Origin: Octopus sinensis
Taxonomy: Eukaryota
Assembly (NCBI RefSeq): GCF_006345805.1
Contig: NC_042997.1
Location: 71,238,001 to 71,302,000, forward strand
Length of the DNA stretch: 64,000 nucleotides
Reading direction: 5' to 3'
Below are positions 12,332-24,730 of this stretch, in pieces (positions within the stretch are counted from its first letter, which is position 1; every line of letters starts with the position of its first letter). The notes beneath the pieces were generated by a model, which was not told the DNA's origin, ran no database searches, and saw nothing but the letters and a program-made list of their open reading frames with translations. A program made the translations under genes and the position numbers.

Positions 12332-12852
12332 TAGAGAAAAACAACTTGTTTTAAATCTCTGTGCAAGAGATATACAGTAACAGTGCCAAATAGTAAGGTT
12401 TATATGCCACAAAATATGGCAATCCTTTAAAGGACAATGTTACCGTTATTTTTGCCCCAGGAAAACATCTTTTACTGCTGGCTATCAACACACAGTTTGT
12501 GTCTGTATAGCATTTGCAAGAGAGGTCATCGCTCCCATTTCTAGTCTTACGTGATACTCACAGACCTATGATTCCGTGTGATTACCCGTCCTCAGTGTGA
12601 AACAACCACAAACTAGTAACGAAAGGTCTCTCCACTCGCAAATACTATATACACAGTCGCTGATCAAGCATAGGGAAAAACAACCTGTATTCATTCTCTG
12701 AGCGAGAGATATACAGTAACAATACCGAATAGTAAAGTTTATATGCCAACAGAATGTGGCAGTCCTATAAAGGAAGATTTTACTGTTGTTTTAACCCCAG
12801 GAAAACATATTTTCCAACTGGCTATCGACACACAGTTTGTGTCCGTATAGCA
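12331..12852 (-). repeat. Two diverged ~180-bp direct repeats (12331-12511 and 12671-12852, 340-bp offset) around a spacer with a hammerhead-like motif
   Basis: Manual alignment gives roughly 80-85% identity, e.g. gagatatacagtaaca, ccccaggaaaacat and ctggctatc.acacacagtttgtgtc.gtatagca. Confidence 0.85.
12557..12601 (-). ncRNA. Decayed type I hammerhead ribozyme motif
   Basis: Minus strand reads TTCACA-CTGAGGA-CG.GT(AATC)AC.CG-GAA-T-CATAG-GTC-TGTGAG: a 6-bp stem I, an intact CUGAGGA and a GUC site. It deviates at A15.1 (T). Confidence 0.55.
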
Positions 12853-13176
12853 GAAAATATCGTTCTGTTCCATAAATTTGTATGTTCCTTCTTCGAGGAT
12901 GGATGTTAAAATTTTATACGTGGTAGATAGACATGTTATGGGCTGATAGTTTTGGGGAAATTTGATTTCATTATTCTTCGGAAATTGGTAAAAAGAACAA
13001 TATGATGGTCACAACTGTATGGCAATATGTATTCAAAAATTAATTTAAAGGATAAAGCAGACATGGGAAAGACTCAATCAGGTATTTTCGTGGGATCTCT
13101 CCTAATTTCAATAAATAACTGGACTAATTTTTCGCGAGCCAGAAATTTGACACCCTAACTTAATCAGGGGAATTCC

Positions 13177-13196
13177 TATTATTATTATTGTTGTTG

Positions 13197-13284
<88 letters not shown>

Positions 13285-13315
13285 CATCATCATCATCATC
13301 ATTATTATTATTATT
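13177..13315. repeat. (TTA)n/(TCA)n microsatellite, 3' tail of LINE copy H
   Basis: Directly visible. Confidence 0.95.
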
Positions 13316-14842
13316 GCCTTTGCACAGCTTCTAACGCTGGAGATGTACTACGGTGTCAGCTGTTCACTACCAGTGAACTAAGGAAACATGCCTCATTTTT
13401 CGAGCACCTTCCGGAGTATTCGAGCGGTTCCAAGCAGTGCTGGTTTCTGCAAGTGCTCCACCTTTATTGCAGCCCCTGTTTGTTCCATGTACTTCTCAAG
13501 ATTTTTACTCACTGTTCCTAGGGCTCCGACAATTATTGGTACTACTACCACCTCTTTTATCGACCACAACTGCTTAACCTCCCAAGGTAACCTGTCATAT
13601 CTATAGACTTTTCTTTCTTGCTTATCGCATACCTTGTTATCAGCTGGGCATGCTATATCTATGATCCAGCATAGTTTGCTTTCTTTCTCAATTAAGACTA
13701 TATCTGACTTCCCATTCTCTATCTCATGGTCGTACTGAATCATAAGATCTTACAGGATATTTGCATTATCCTTTTCAATCATGCCTTTGTGTTTATGGTC
13801 ATACCAATTTTTTGCTGTCAAGTCCATACTTCTTGCAAAGTGTCCAATGGACAAGCCTTGCTATATTGTCGTGGCATCTCTTATATTCTTTCTGGGCTAG
13901 TGGCGTAATATGCCATACAGGTTCACTATTTTGTCCACAGATTCTGCACTTATCACTTTCTGATCTGTTGTATATTCTGTATTTTATATAGTTTGGTCTT
14001 AGCGCTTGGTCTTGGGCAGCACAGATTAGAGCCTTCGTTTCCGGTTTTAAATCACTTTTAGTCATCCGCAGCCATCTTTTTTCTCAGTCTTATCTTCAAC
14101 ATCCCTATGAAATTATCCGTGCATTCTTTTCTTTACCCACCTATTTTCAGTTTCATTCGTTTTCAATTGATTGTACAGTACTTTATCTTTGCAATCTTTC
14201 ATCCTACACAAGCTTTACCTTCTTACTTCTAATAATAGCGGATCTGTGGCATTTTTTACATACCATGCTATGTTGTTTTCTTCTACTCTAATTCTATGTT
14301 CGCATCCAATAAGTCCTCTTCCCCCTCTTTTTCTTGGTACATTCAGTCTGTCCGTGTCACTTTTTGGGTGGAGTGACCCATATCTATTTAGCAAATTCCT
14401 TGTCTTTCTGTCTAAGCTGTTTAGTTCGTCTACTGTCCATGCGATTTCCCCTGCTCCATATCTAAGTAGTGAAACGACCCAGGTGTTGATAGCTTCAATC
14501 TTATTCCGTCCGTTTAATTTCGACTTAATATCAATTTCTGCCTGCACAAGTACTCTACCTTAATTTTTTTCTGTCATTTCTTTCTCCATCAATTTATCCA
14601 TTTCCAAAATCCCCAAGTACTCACAGCCCGTCTCTTCTATCTGCTTTATAACCTCCCCCGACGGTATCGTTAGCCCGTCCATACATTTAATTTTGCCTCT
14701 CTTCACGTCTAACACACTACACTTTTTCAGTCCGAACTCCATTCTTATATCAGCACTGAAAGTATACACCGTATCAACGAGGTAACTGACTTGAGTTTCA
14801 TCTTTACCATTGAGGTTATCCATGAACAACAAATGGTTTACC

Positions 14843-14843
<1 letters not shown>
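13316..14843 (-). mobile_element. R4/Dong-clade LINE, 5'-truncated (copy H)
   Basis: NHLLFMDNL, MEFGLKKC, HPKSDTDRL, CAAQDQALR, CRICGQNSE and IIDIACPADN..VPIIVGALG..LQKPALLGTARILRKVL. Both ends abut (TAA)n. Confidence 0.93.
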
Positions 14844-14912
<69 letters not shown>

Positions 14913-14913
<1 letters not shown>

Positions 14914-15100
14914 GGCGGTACATTGGCTGAATCGTTAGCACGCCGTACAAAATGCTTAGCGGCATTTCATCCGTTTTTATGTTCTGAGACCAAATTCCGA
15001 CATGATTATTTTTGTCTTTCGTTCTTTCGGGATTGATAAAATAAAGTACCAGTCAAATACTAGGGTCAATGTAATCGACGAGCACTCTACTCACAAATTG
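14913..15100 (+). mobile_element. tRNA-derived SINE family A (Nin/Deu-like core), monomer, diverged
   Basis: aaggcgg..tggctgaatcgttagcacgccg head, then ctttcggg.ttgataaa..agtaccag core. Homologous to 24731, 57785 and 62833. Confidence 0.85.
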
Positions 15101-16640
15101 TGTTTACAGAAGAAAGAATAATTATTATAATCGTTGCTCTTTTTCTTGTATGTATATATGCATGTATGTATGTATGTAGTATGTATGTATGTATGTATGT
15201 ATGTATGTATGTATGTATGTAGGAAATGAGTAGGTAGGTAAGTATGTATGTATATAGGTAGTAGGTAGGTAGGTAGGTAGCTAGCTAGCTAGGTATAGAT
15301 ATATAGATAGATATGTTTGTATATATATCCCTTTAATGTGAACTGTCGAGAAAAAGAGTACTTAGTACCATAGCAAAACTGGTTATACACTTTAATTTGG
15401 TCAAGTCATTCCCACCCTTCTCTCAGTTTCACCTAATGTTGCAAAGGCTCTTCATGCAAATTATAACACACCTGAAGATCTTGAGCACCTACAGATGAAA
15501 CTCAGAGTAGCAAATGATTAACTCGGCCAATATAAGTGTGTGAATTTAACAGAGAAATATGTTGGATAAAATTATAATTAACTGATCCTCCTGTATTTTA
15601 TTTTAACCAAAACCAGGAACTTTACCTGTCATACATGAAGATTTACCGAAGATGTGTATTCTAATTACATTTACTGATATATGATTGTTGAACATTCATA
15701 ACCAAGTTGTTTTAATACTGTTATATTGGTATCGGCCAGGACATTTTTTATCTCACTTTTCTTGTGTGTATAGGTGGGGGTGCGTGTTATTTTTTATTAA
15801 GCATGAGGCCAGCAAAATTTGAGGGGAATGTGCGGTGAGGCAGAATGTGCATCTAGCATTCTCTCTAAAACTCAGTGTCCATCTCAGGTAGGTGCCGTTG
15901 GCAGCAGCTCCATACTAACAAAATTTATCTCTAACCAGCAACATTCCCCGTAAATCTGCCTGGCCAGGAATCGGCCTGAGAGCCCTCCAATTTGTCTTGG
16001 TTAAATTTTGCCCCTAAACCTACAAGGCGTCCCATTAGAGCAGTTCCAATCACCTCAGTCACTTTGGTGTCCGACAATATTACTGGGATGCCATCAAAAT
16101 ATGCGAACACGGACATTCAGCATTATAGCTCTCGTGGGATGTCCCTCTAGCTTCGATTTTCTGCAGTAGTGGATCTAGAGTTAGTACGTGTTTATAGAGA
16201 CCATGGGTGTGAACTCTTATCGTACGAAATGCATGACATACATACGTGTATATATTGCTACTCATTTAGGATCAAGAGTAGCAAATTTGAAGATAGGGTT
16301 TACTCGATGCCCTTGATACCTAGACTTGGTAGGTGTTTTATTTTCTTGAACGTGAATGGACAATACGCAAAGTCGAACTCGGTGGTATCTTAACGTACTG
16401 ACTACTTGGTAAAATTAATAATTGCTAATTATTAATTAATTAATTAATTAATTTTACAATATATTATTATTAAAATTATAACTTACTCCATGATCGAAAC
16501 AGCAGTTTTTGGGTATAAAAGATAGATATGTATTACATTCGGTTGTATATTTTTGGGCGTGCGGGTGAATTTTGGTTTTGCGATGACACTTGATCGCGTA
16601 CATATTTAATCCTAACACTCGCAAATTTATAACACGGAGC

Positions 16641-16701
16641 ACCACACTGAGGAGAAAAATAGATAAATATATTTACTTTAAATTCGAAACGCGTCTGTGG
16701 T
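16641..16701 (+). ncRNA. Minimal type I hammerhead ribozyme (canonical core)
   Basis: ACCACA-CTGAGGA-GAA...TTC-GAAA-CGCG-TC-TGTGGT: a 6-bp stem I, all core nucleotides intact, stem II closed by G-C, and a palindromic stem III (ACGCGT). The predicted GUC cleavage is after 16695. Confidence 0.85.
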
Positions 16702-19549
16702 TAACCTAAGTCGTTGTAGATTCATAATTTTTCTTTTTATCTACATATAAATCGGAGATTCTTATAGTAGTTGAAAAGACATTAGCGTCTATTTCTAATT
16801 CAGTACGTGGCATTGCACTTAGCTGACCTCTGATTATAATTATGTATATAATTATAGAATACACATCTGTTATTTACATTTTATTTATATTTTCAGCGTT
16901 TTATTCCGTTGTCGGATTTATCAAAAAGTGGTTTGAAGTTAGATTTCTTGGCCTTTTTATATATAACGAATTTTGTGTGGTTTGCCAATCAAGAGAAGTG
17001 TGTATATATGTATGTATGTGTGTATGTATGTATGTATGTATGTATGTATGTATGTATGTATGTATGTATGCTTGTATAAATGAAAGAATGTGTAAGAATT
17101 TCCTTCTTTTGGAAACAAAAGCACCCACGTTCGATACCACTGTGCTGCATCTTAGCCACATTTCATTTTGTGTAACTGCAGATTTTCCCCTTCCGTGTGA
17201 GTGAAATGGAATTGACTGAAACTGTAAACAAGAGAAACCCGGCACTGAAAATGCAGTGGTTTCGTCAATTAATTTGCCTGCTGATTTACGTGCATCTACC
17301 TGAACATCTTACACAAGTGTACCCTCGAGTATAGAGAGTGTATGTATATATTTGTGTGTGTGTACATATATATATATATGTGTGTACATATATATATACA
17401 TATAAAAACACATACATGTATAATTAATTCATGCATACACATACATTCACATACACACAAACACACACAAACACCTTGTATTTATATAGATATACAGAAG
17501 AAGTCACCCACTTTTTCACAGAAAATTTTGCTGATTTCTTTACATACACACATATATGTGTGCGCCCGTGCCTTTGCGTATGTGGGCGTACGTGCTTGTG
17601 TGTGTGTGCATGTTTGTGTGTCTGTGCGTGTGTGTGTGTCTGTAAGGGAGAGGAGTGAGTGACATCAAGGATGTTCGTATATCTGTGTGCATATGTGAAA
17701 GCGTGTGTGTTCAAGTGTATCTGCGTGATTCTTAGTAGTGAATGTCAACTTAAGATAAATTGCTTAGAATTAATACAACACATTTCGTATATTATGATAT
17801 CAATTATGCAACACTTACATTTATTGAAACCTGTTTCATTAGGAATATATAATTTGCCCCGTTTTTTGTCTTCGTGCCTACTATTCCTTACTCTCTTTTT
17901 TTCATATTCACCATATCATTCTCCCTATCTACCATTTCCTTCCCTCTCTATCTCTCTTTTACTGTTTCTATTAAATAGCAAGTAAATGAATTCTTTGTTG
18001 GTTTTCATGTTGAGTGTAACAGAAGATCGATCAACAAACCTAACTATTCAATTGAATTCTAATACAATTGATGGATACAACTGCCCACAGTGGTACCATT
18101 AAGGTAAGCCTGAAACAAGATCTAAGGTGAAGTGTCTCTGAGAAAGCGGATCCTCTCAATTATAGGAAAAGAACATAACGCGCCCTTCCACAAATTTCGA
18201 CTACCTACTTTCGTTACCAGCGTAGCCGCGTTTAAATCTGAGACAATGAGTGCTATGTGAGGTTCTTAGAAATTATACACAGTTACAATTTAACAAATGG
18301 TAGATTTCGATCTCAGTACTTTATCAAAACCAATTGAGGTGAAAGTGATCGTTGTGCCAGGATTTAAAAAAAAAACCTAGAACTCTATACCCGCATCTCG
18401 TATAATATATGAAAGTAGTCCAATTTCAACTGATATACAGAAAAAATATTTGTGAATACATGTGTGTGTGTGTCTGTGTGTGTGTGTGTGATCGGTAGTA
18501 AAAATGTCAGTGAGAGGAACAGTAAAATACAACAGCCTTGGGGCGAGATGCCATCGTGCTTGACACCCTATTCTACTTGAATATGTTTTGCATGTTCATA
18601 AAGTCATCAGAATATGATTTAACTATTGATACAAATTAATCTGGAAAACCAAGACTGAAGAATTATTTTTTACATGGGTAACTTTTTAAGTATTTTTGTT
18701 GGCATTCCTCCTGTTTCTGTGTTGCTGTGAAAAATTATATCAATTCTTCCTGTACCAGAACTGGTAACTGAATATATGCCAGAACTTACAGGTCTAATGG
18801 TAAAGTTATTCTTTAGCTTCCACGTCTACATTTTATTCTGATATCATAATTGCACCTTTCCACATTTTGCAGAGAGCACCATTGCTCCAGCTTGCACAAG
18901 TGAGTTCATAAAACTTCTGTGTGAGACCATTTTCACCAAAGCGCAGGTTTCTTTATCAGTCGACTTACCAAACTTAATTTATTTGTTTCCACTACAGCTT
19001 CATCTCATAAGGTTAAATTTTCTTTGAAGTGACGATAGACTTTTGTCTAATGATAAGTTTTCTTCCTGTACCAACATATACATACCTTGCTGCGCAGTTT
19101 CCCTGTTTGGCAGTTCAGAAATGTGTTCAATCCAGTGGAATGCTGCTAGTGAATAGAATAGGGGGATTGTCGGAGAACAAACGAATAGTGCCGAACTTTT
19201 GGACTAATACGCTTCCCTCGTTAAATGATAGTACTACTTACAGTTATTACCTTCACCGACAGCTTTGATGTTACGCACAAGACCTCTTTATCATGTGTCT
19301 CCATCAGCCTGAGTGATCACGGTAGTTAAAATTTCATAGTCATTACTTCCTTGATCAACCGATAAACTACTATACATCAATATACTGTGAGCAATACCCT
19401 TTGCTTACAAGAGAATCTCTACCTCAATATCATTTTCATCAAATCATTTGGCTGTAGTAAATTCTTTGATTTAGAGCATTTAAACACGAAGAATCTTAAT
19501 AGTCCCACTTATTTCTCGCGCAATCATAATCGTCCACAATTTTCCACAT

Positions 19550-20480
19550 AAAAAACAATAATCCGTCCACTACTTACAGTATTTAATTGTATATAAAAGG
19601 TACTTTTTCTCCAAAAATGCTCTCATAGAGTCACCCTGCGTACAGTATGCGAATTTAAGCTTCCCATAACCTAATTTTCTCCCTGATGCTCACTTCTTCC
19701 TAAATATGGAGTACTGAAATAGGGGTACATCTAATATGTCATTATCTTTAATGCCAACAAATACAATATTGCAGATATGATAGATTGTGATTGCACAGTA
19801 AATTCTCAAGCTTTATACTTTGGACTGAGCTTTGTCGTATGATCATTTATGCCGACAAAGTAATTGCTGGCATTATATAGACCATGTTCTTCATCATATT
19901 TTAGAAGCATTAAGTCATATCTATTCAATTTTCCTGTACTAAAACGTCCAACAAAGTTCTACGCCTGCCAAACCGTTTCGAGCCTTTTCTGACTTGAGTA
20001 CAACTTTGTGAAAATGGAAAGGATAGCAACATAGACACAAAGCAAAGGAACATATTTGATATGCATCCGCAGTTATTAATCGTTCGTTTTGAGGAATAGG
20101 ATTCTCTTCCTATTTATTAAGCTTTCAGAACTGACTGAAAAGCTGTCACCGGTTTCACAGCTTTCTTCTTTCGTTTTCCATTTCTATAGCCTCATCAAGC
20201 TGAACATCGTCTTTCAGTTCAATCATTGAGTCTACTGCATTTTTTACATTATATCTCTCAAGCTTACATTTACACTTGTTTTCTAGCTACAGCCGTCGCA
20301 ATATCAAATACTTTTATATCCATGACTTTTTTTTGCTACAGCAAATGCGTTTAACTGGTCTAACAGAAATAGGCAGGCAACTATCAAGTCATCTTTTCCT
20401 AGATCTTTCCGGTGCCTGAGTGAGCACTTTTCATGAAATGCTGGAGATATCCACGCAAAATCTGAATTTCATCGCTATTT
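19550..20480 (-). mobile_element. Highly degenerate Ginger2/KRBA2-like integrase remnant (tentative)
   Basis: Scattered motifs across frames: KSAHSGTG (AHxxxGHGG-like), VQEN*IDM (QxDLIDM-like), INDHTTK (DHxTK), LGRSEHQG and LYESIFG. Many stops and frameshifts. Confidence 0.4.
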
Positions 20481-21521
20481 TCGACAAGTAAGATATATAT
20501 TTTTAACGTTGGTTGCGTATATACTGGTCGCTGACCATGTGCTTCTAATTGTCAGTTCTCCATGCGTTGCCACTACCGCTGCAACACTTAAAATTCTGCT
20601 ATAGCCGTGCAGAGAAATTTAGATCCACTAATACTTGCACATCGCATAGTGCTTCTCTACTGTATTGGCACAATCCATCCAGAAGCAAAGTGATGCAAAA
20701 TGCCTGGTGTGAATAATTTTCTCTTAAAGAAAATTTAGAGGTGCCTCATACCTAGTTATCTTAAAGAGCACCAGACACCAACTTGGAATCTGCAAGACCC
20801 CCAAGCTATTGCTAAATACTTAATAACCAGTCCGTTTGCCTAGTGTTGTTTCTGGATATCGAGCGATTCTCCTTACTGGGTTAACCTGGTGGGTGTGCCA
20901 ATTTAGTCTCCGACTACTCGACGATGCAATAGGGTGTAATATATTAGATCTTTCTAATAGATCTCACGCGCGACCAGATCGGCACACACATTTATTGACA
21001 GGCAAACTCACACGTATATGAGTGTTTTTATGTACGTGTATGTTTGTGCGCATTATTCAATAAATATAAGTGACGTGATCCTAAAATTCGCAGGGTTCAT
21101 TTATTAATACGATTTTTAATTCCTCGTTAATATTAAAGCTCTCTGTGGGTATTCGTATTAAGTACAAAAACTAAGGCGACACCTCATCCTTATGGATATA
21201 CTGTGTGACAACAGGTGAAAAATCTGTGTTTATTTATTAATTTGTCTTTGCTGGTGACTTTCAAATGGAAAATAATCGAAATCAGTTGTCTAGCCTTTTG
21301 TTTAGAAATTAAATACTATAACCGATACCAAACCTTTTTTTTTTGTTTTCCGAAGTATCGCTCATTGATTATGAATAACAATCAGCAGGTATTTGCATTC
21401 ATATTTCACCCGATTAGGTTAAGATGATGACACTTCAGAGAAGTTGATAAAATGGGTGTCTCTTGATGTGGTTGTTGGAACTGCTGGAAATAAACAACCA
21501 AATCTTTTTTTTTAATCATAT

Positions 21522-21938
21522 ACTCTCTTTTACTATTTTACTTGTTTCAGTCATTTGACTGCGGCCATGCTGGAGCACTGCCTCTAGTCGAGCAACTCGA
21601 CCCCGGGACTTATTCTTTGTAAGCCCAGTACTTATTCTATCGGTCTCTTTTGCCGGACCGCTAAGTGACGGGGACATAAACACACCAGCATCGGTTGTCA
21701 AGCAATGCTAGGAGGACAAACACAGACACACAGACATACACGCACATATATACATATATATATATATACATATATACGACGGGCTTCTTTCAGTTTCCGT
21801 CTACCAAATCCACTCAAGGCTTTGGTCGGCCCGAGGCTATAGTGGAAGATACTTGCCCAAGGTGCCACGCAGTGGGACTGAACCTGGAACCATGTGGTTG
21901 GTAAGCAAGCTACTTACCACAGGGCCACTCCTGCGCCT
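21522..21938 (-). mobile_element. tRNA-derived SINE family B, full length, with internal (TA)/(TG) tract
   Basis: Head aggcgcaggagtggc..gtggtaagtagcttgc..gttcagtccc (A/B-box-like), ggcaccttgggcaag, an internal microsatellite, and a tail ending gactgaaacaagtaaaa. Confidence 0.9.
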
Positions 21939-23409
21939 ATATACAACTCTTTAAACATTTTTATCTGTATATAAGTACATACGCGCACACACATACACTC
22001 ATACGCATACACATATGTATGAGTGTGTGTTCGCGCGTATATATTTATGTGTGTCTGTGTGTGTATGTGTGTGTATGAGTATTAATTGAAACACCTGTAA
22101 GGGATGATGATTAATTTTATGTTAATAATAAATAATTATTAACTTCCAAATCTCCATTTTCTCTTTCTTCTTTTACACACACATACATGCATGTATGTTT
22201 CTGAGAGAGTCGGAGAAAAAGTGCGTGTGTGAGTGCGCGTGTGTGAGTGCGCGTGTGTGAGTGTGTGTGTATCTACCTGTCTGTGCACTTCAAGCATTGT
22301 TGCATCGAATTAATGGGGTGTTTTATTATCATTATTAGTATTATTATTTTGTTATTTATCTAAATTATGTAATTTCATAATAATATGTATGTGTGTAAAA
22401 TTATTAGGTTAAAAGTGAAACAACTATAGGATAGATGTATTTATCATAAAGTACTAATATATATTTGTATTTGGAAGTCTTAAGGTATAGAATAAATATT
22501 GTATGTATTTCCATAGTGACATCATTATACGTGAATTGACCCATCAAAATATATAGAACTAACTAGGCCGGGAAGAACAAACGTAATGAGGTTACCCCAT
22601 AGCATTATATTTCTCTTTTGAGTATAAGCTCAAAATTCAAAATGTAAAAAAGTGGATTTGGAAGTTTCTAAGTAAAGTAGCGTATAAAGATACATATTAA
22701 TGAAAGTGAGAAATATGAGGGTATGCTTACATAGATATTTGCATAGATATATGATCTATGTACATTAGTGTTGAATAAGTGCATATGTCTGTGTAAAGGA
22801 TCGTGAAAGTAACTTTTCTTAGTTTATTAGTCTCTCTTAATGACTTTTAAAACAAATGCTATAAAACCAGCGGCAATAATATTATACAGCCAAAATTGAG
22901 CTGTGTTAAGGAAGTGACCATATGTCACTGTTTTACTTTGACCTGAAATAGTAATAGACACAGGGACATGTAATTGTTAAAGTTTATTATTTTATATCAT
23001 TAACTTGGAAGGTTCATTTATTATCCTAAAAATCGGAGTAAATACGGGTCATGTTACTTTTACTTTTTCAGTCTCATCAATTTTCTTTTGGTATTTTTCT
23101 CGTTTGTACATCTTTGTATTTCAGCGTTCTTCTTTGTCAATAGAGTGCTAAAGATAACAATTTCGTACAGGTATAAAACAAAGAAACTAAAGAACATCTA
23201 GCAGTGCTTTGTACCCTTATCACCTGAAGACGCGCATGTATACAGTAATTATTGGATCATATTAATGTCTATATTATATACGTAACACTCAACAATTACC
23301 AACTTATAATGATGCACTGAAAAGTTATAATCATTAAGTTATAATATTAAAGTTATAATATTAAAGCCCGTGCGTTCCGTTATCTCATATTAAAAGTATT
23401 TTATATAAG

Positions 23410-23680
<271 letters not shown>

Positions 23681-23794
23681 ATAAAAGTTACTTGGAAATG
23701 GATGCCTGGCGTTGAATAATATAATAATATAAATAATATATATATATGCATATAAACATACATATATGTACATACTTACATATATATGTATATA

Positions 23795-24310
23795 CATACA
23801 GGACGTCAAAGAACATAAACAACATGAAATACGAACTTTTTTGCGAACAACGAAAGAAACAAATGGAAAACAAGACAAGCGACATAAAAAAAAACGAACC
23901 TTCATCCGTTGTCGGCAGTTTTTCTACTCCGTATTTCGAGCAATTTGTGACAAGATACCTTTTCGACAAACAGTTGCTCCCGAAAAGCAAATTAAATAAA
24001 AATTTGGGATTTTGCGGAGAGTCAAAGTTCGTAACAAAAACAGGACGGTGAAAACAAACAAGAAGGGCTGTTAGGTCTAAAAGAGGTGAGTTGGCGAACG
24101 CAGAGAAATAAGCTCTGACAGGAGACAGACAAGAATGCATCTTATCCTGTGGCTGATCGGAAGGAAAGACAGAAAAATGGGTGATAGTCACGTGCGAGCA
24201 ACGAGGAAGAAAAAACGAAAGGGAGAGAAGGGGAGATAAAAAGAATTAGAGAAAGGAAGGGAGAGGAAACGAAAGGGGAGAGGGAAAGAGAAAAGGAAAG
24301 AGATAGAATA
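23795..24310 (-). mobile_element. Unclassified repeat (probable Penelope-type pLTR), homologous to 45445-46010
   Basis: Shared blocks: caggac, tctactcc, aaattaaataa, ttttgcggag, gtaacaaaaacaggac and acaaacaagaagggctgtta. A third 3' tip lies at ~24445-24495. Confidence 0.6.
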
Positions 24311-24730
24311 GTGTCGCATCGAAATTATTGAGATAAAAATTTATTGGAAATGGATGCGTGGCGTTCAATCATATGATAATATAAATAACATATATATGCA
24401 TATATACATACATATATGTCCATATATGTGTATATACAAATGCATATATGGGCACAGGGCGTCAAAGAACTTAAACAACAGGAAATACGATATATATGTC
24501 TTATGTGTGTGTGTGTGTCTTTGCGTCTGGATGCACTTGTTTTATCTCTGCCAAAGTATACATATGCATATGTTTAACCTATCTCTCCCCGATGACGGGA
24601 TACTTGGTCTTTTCTAGAAACAACTGTTAGAGAATATGTAAACCCGTTTATTATATAGCTAAAGTAAATGTCCTTGTCAACACTTACCAAACCATCTGCC
24701 TTTTCATTTCTGCTATAATGCATCTATCTA

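Noticed and set aside
15931-16116. VFAYFDGIPV, resembling a gypsy YLDD motif
   Set aside because: The catalytic DD is absent and I found no other pol motifs nearby.
16768-16795. TTGAAAA-GAC/GTC half-hammerhead downstream of the canonical ribozyme
   Set aside because: The GAAA and cleavage triplet are absent.
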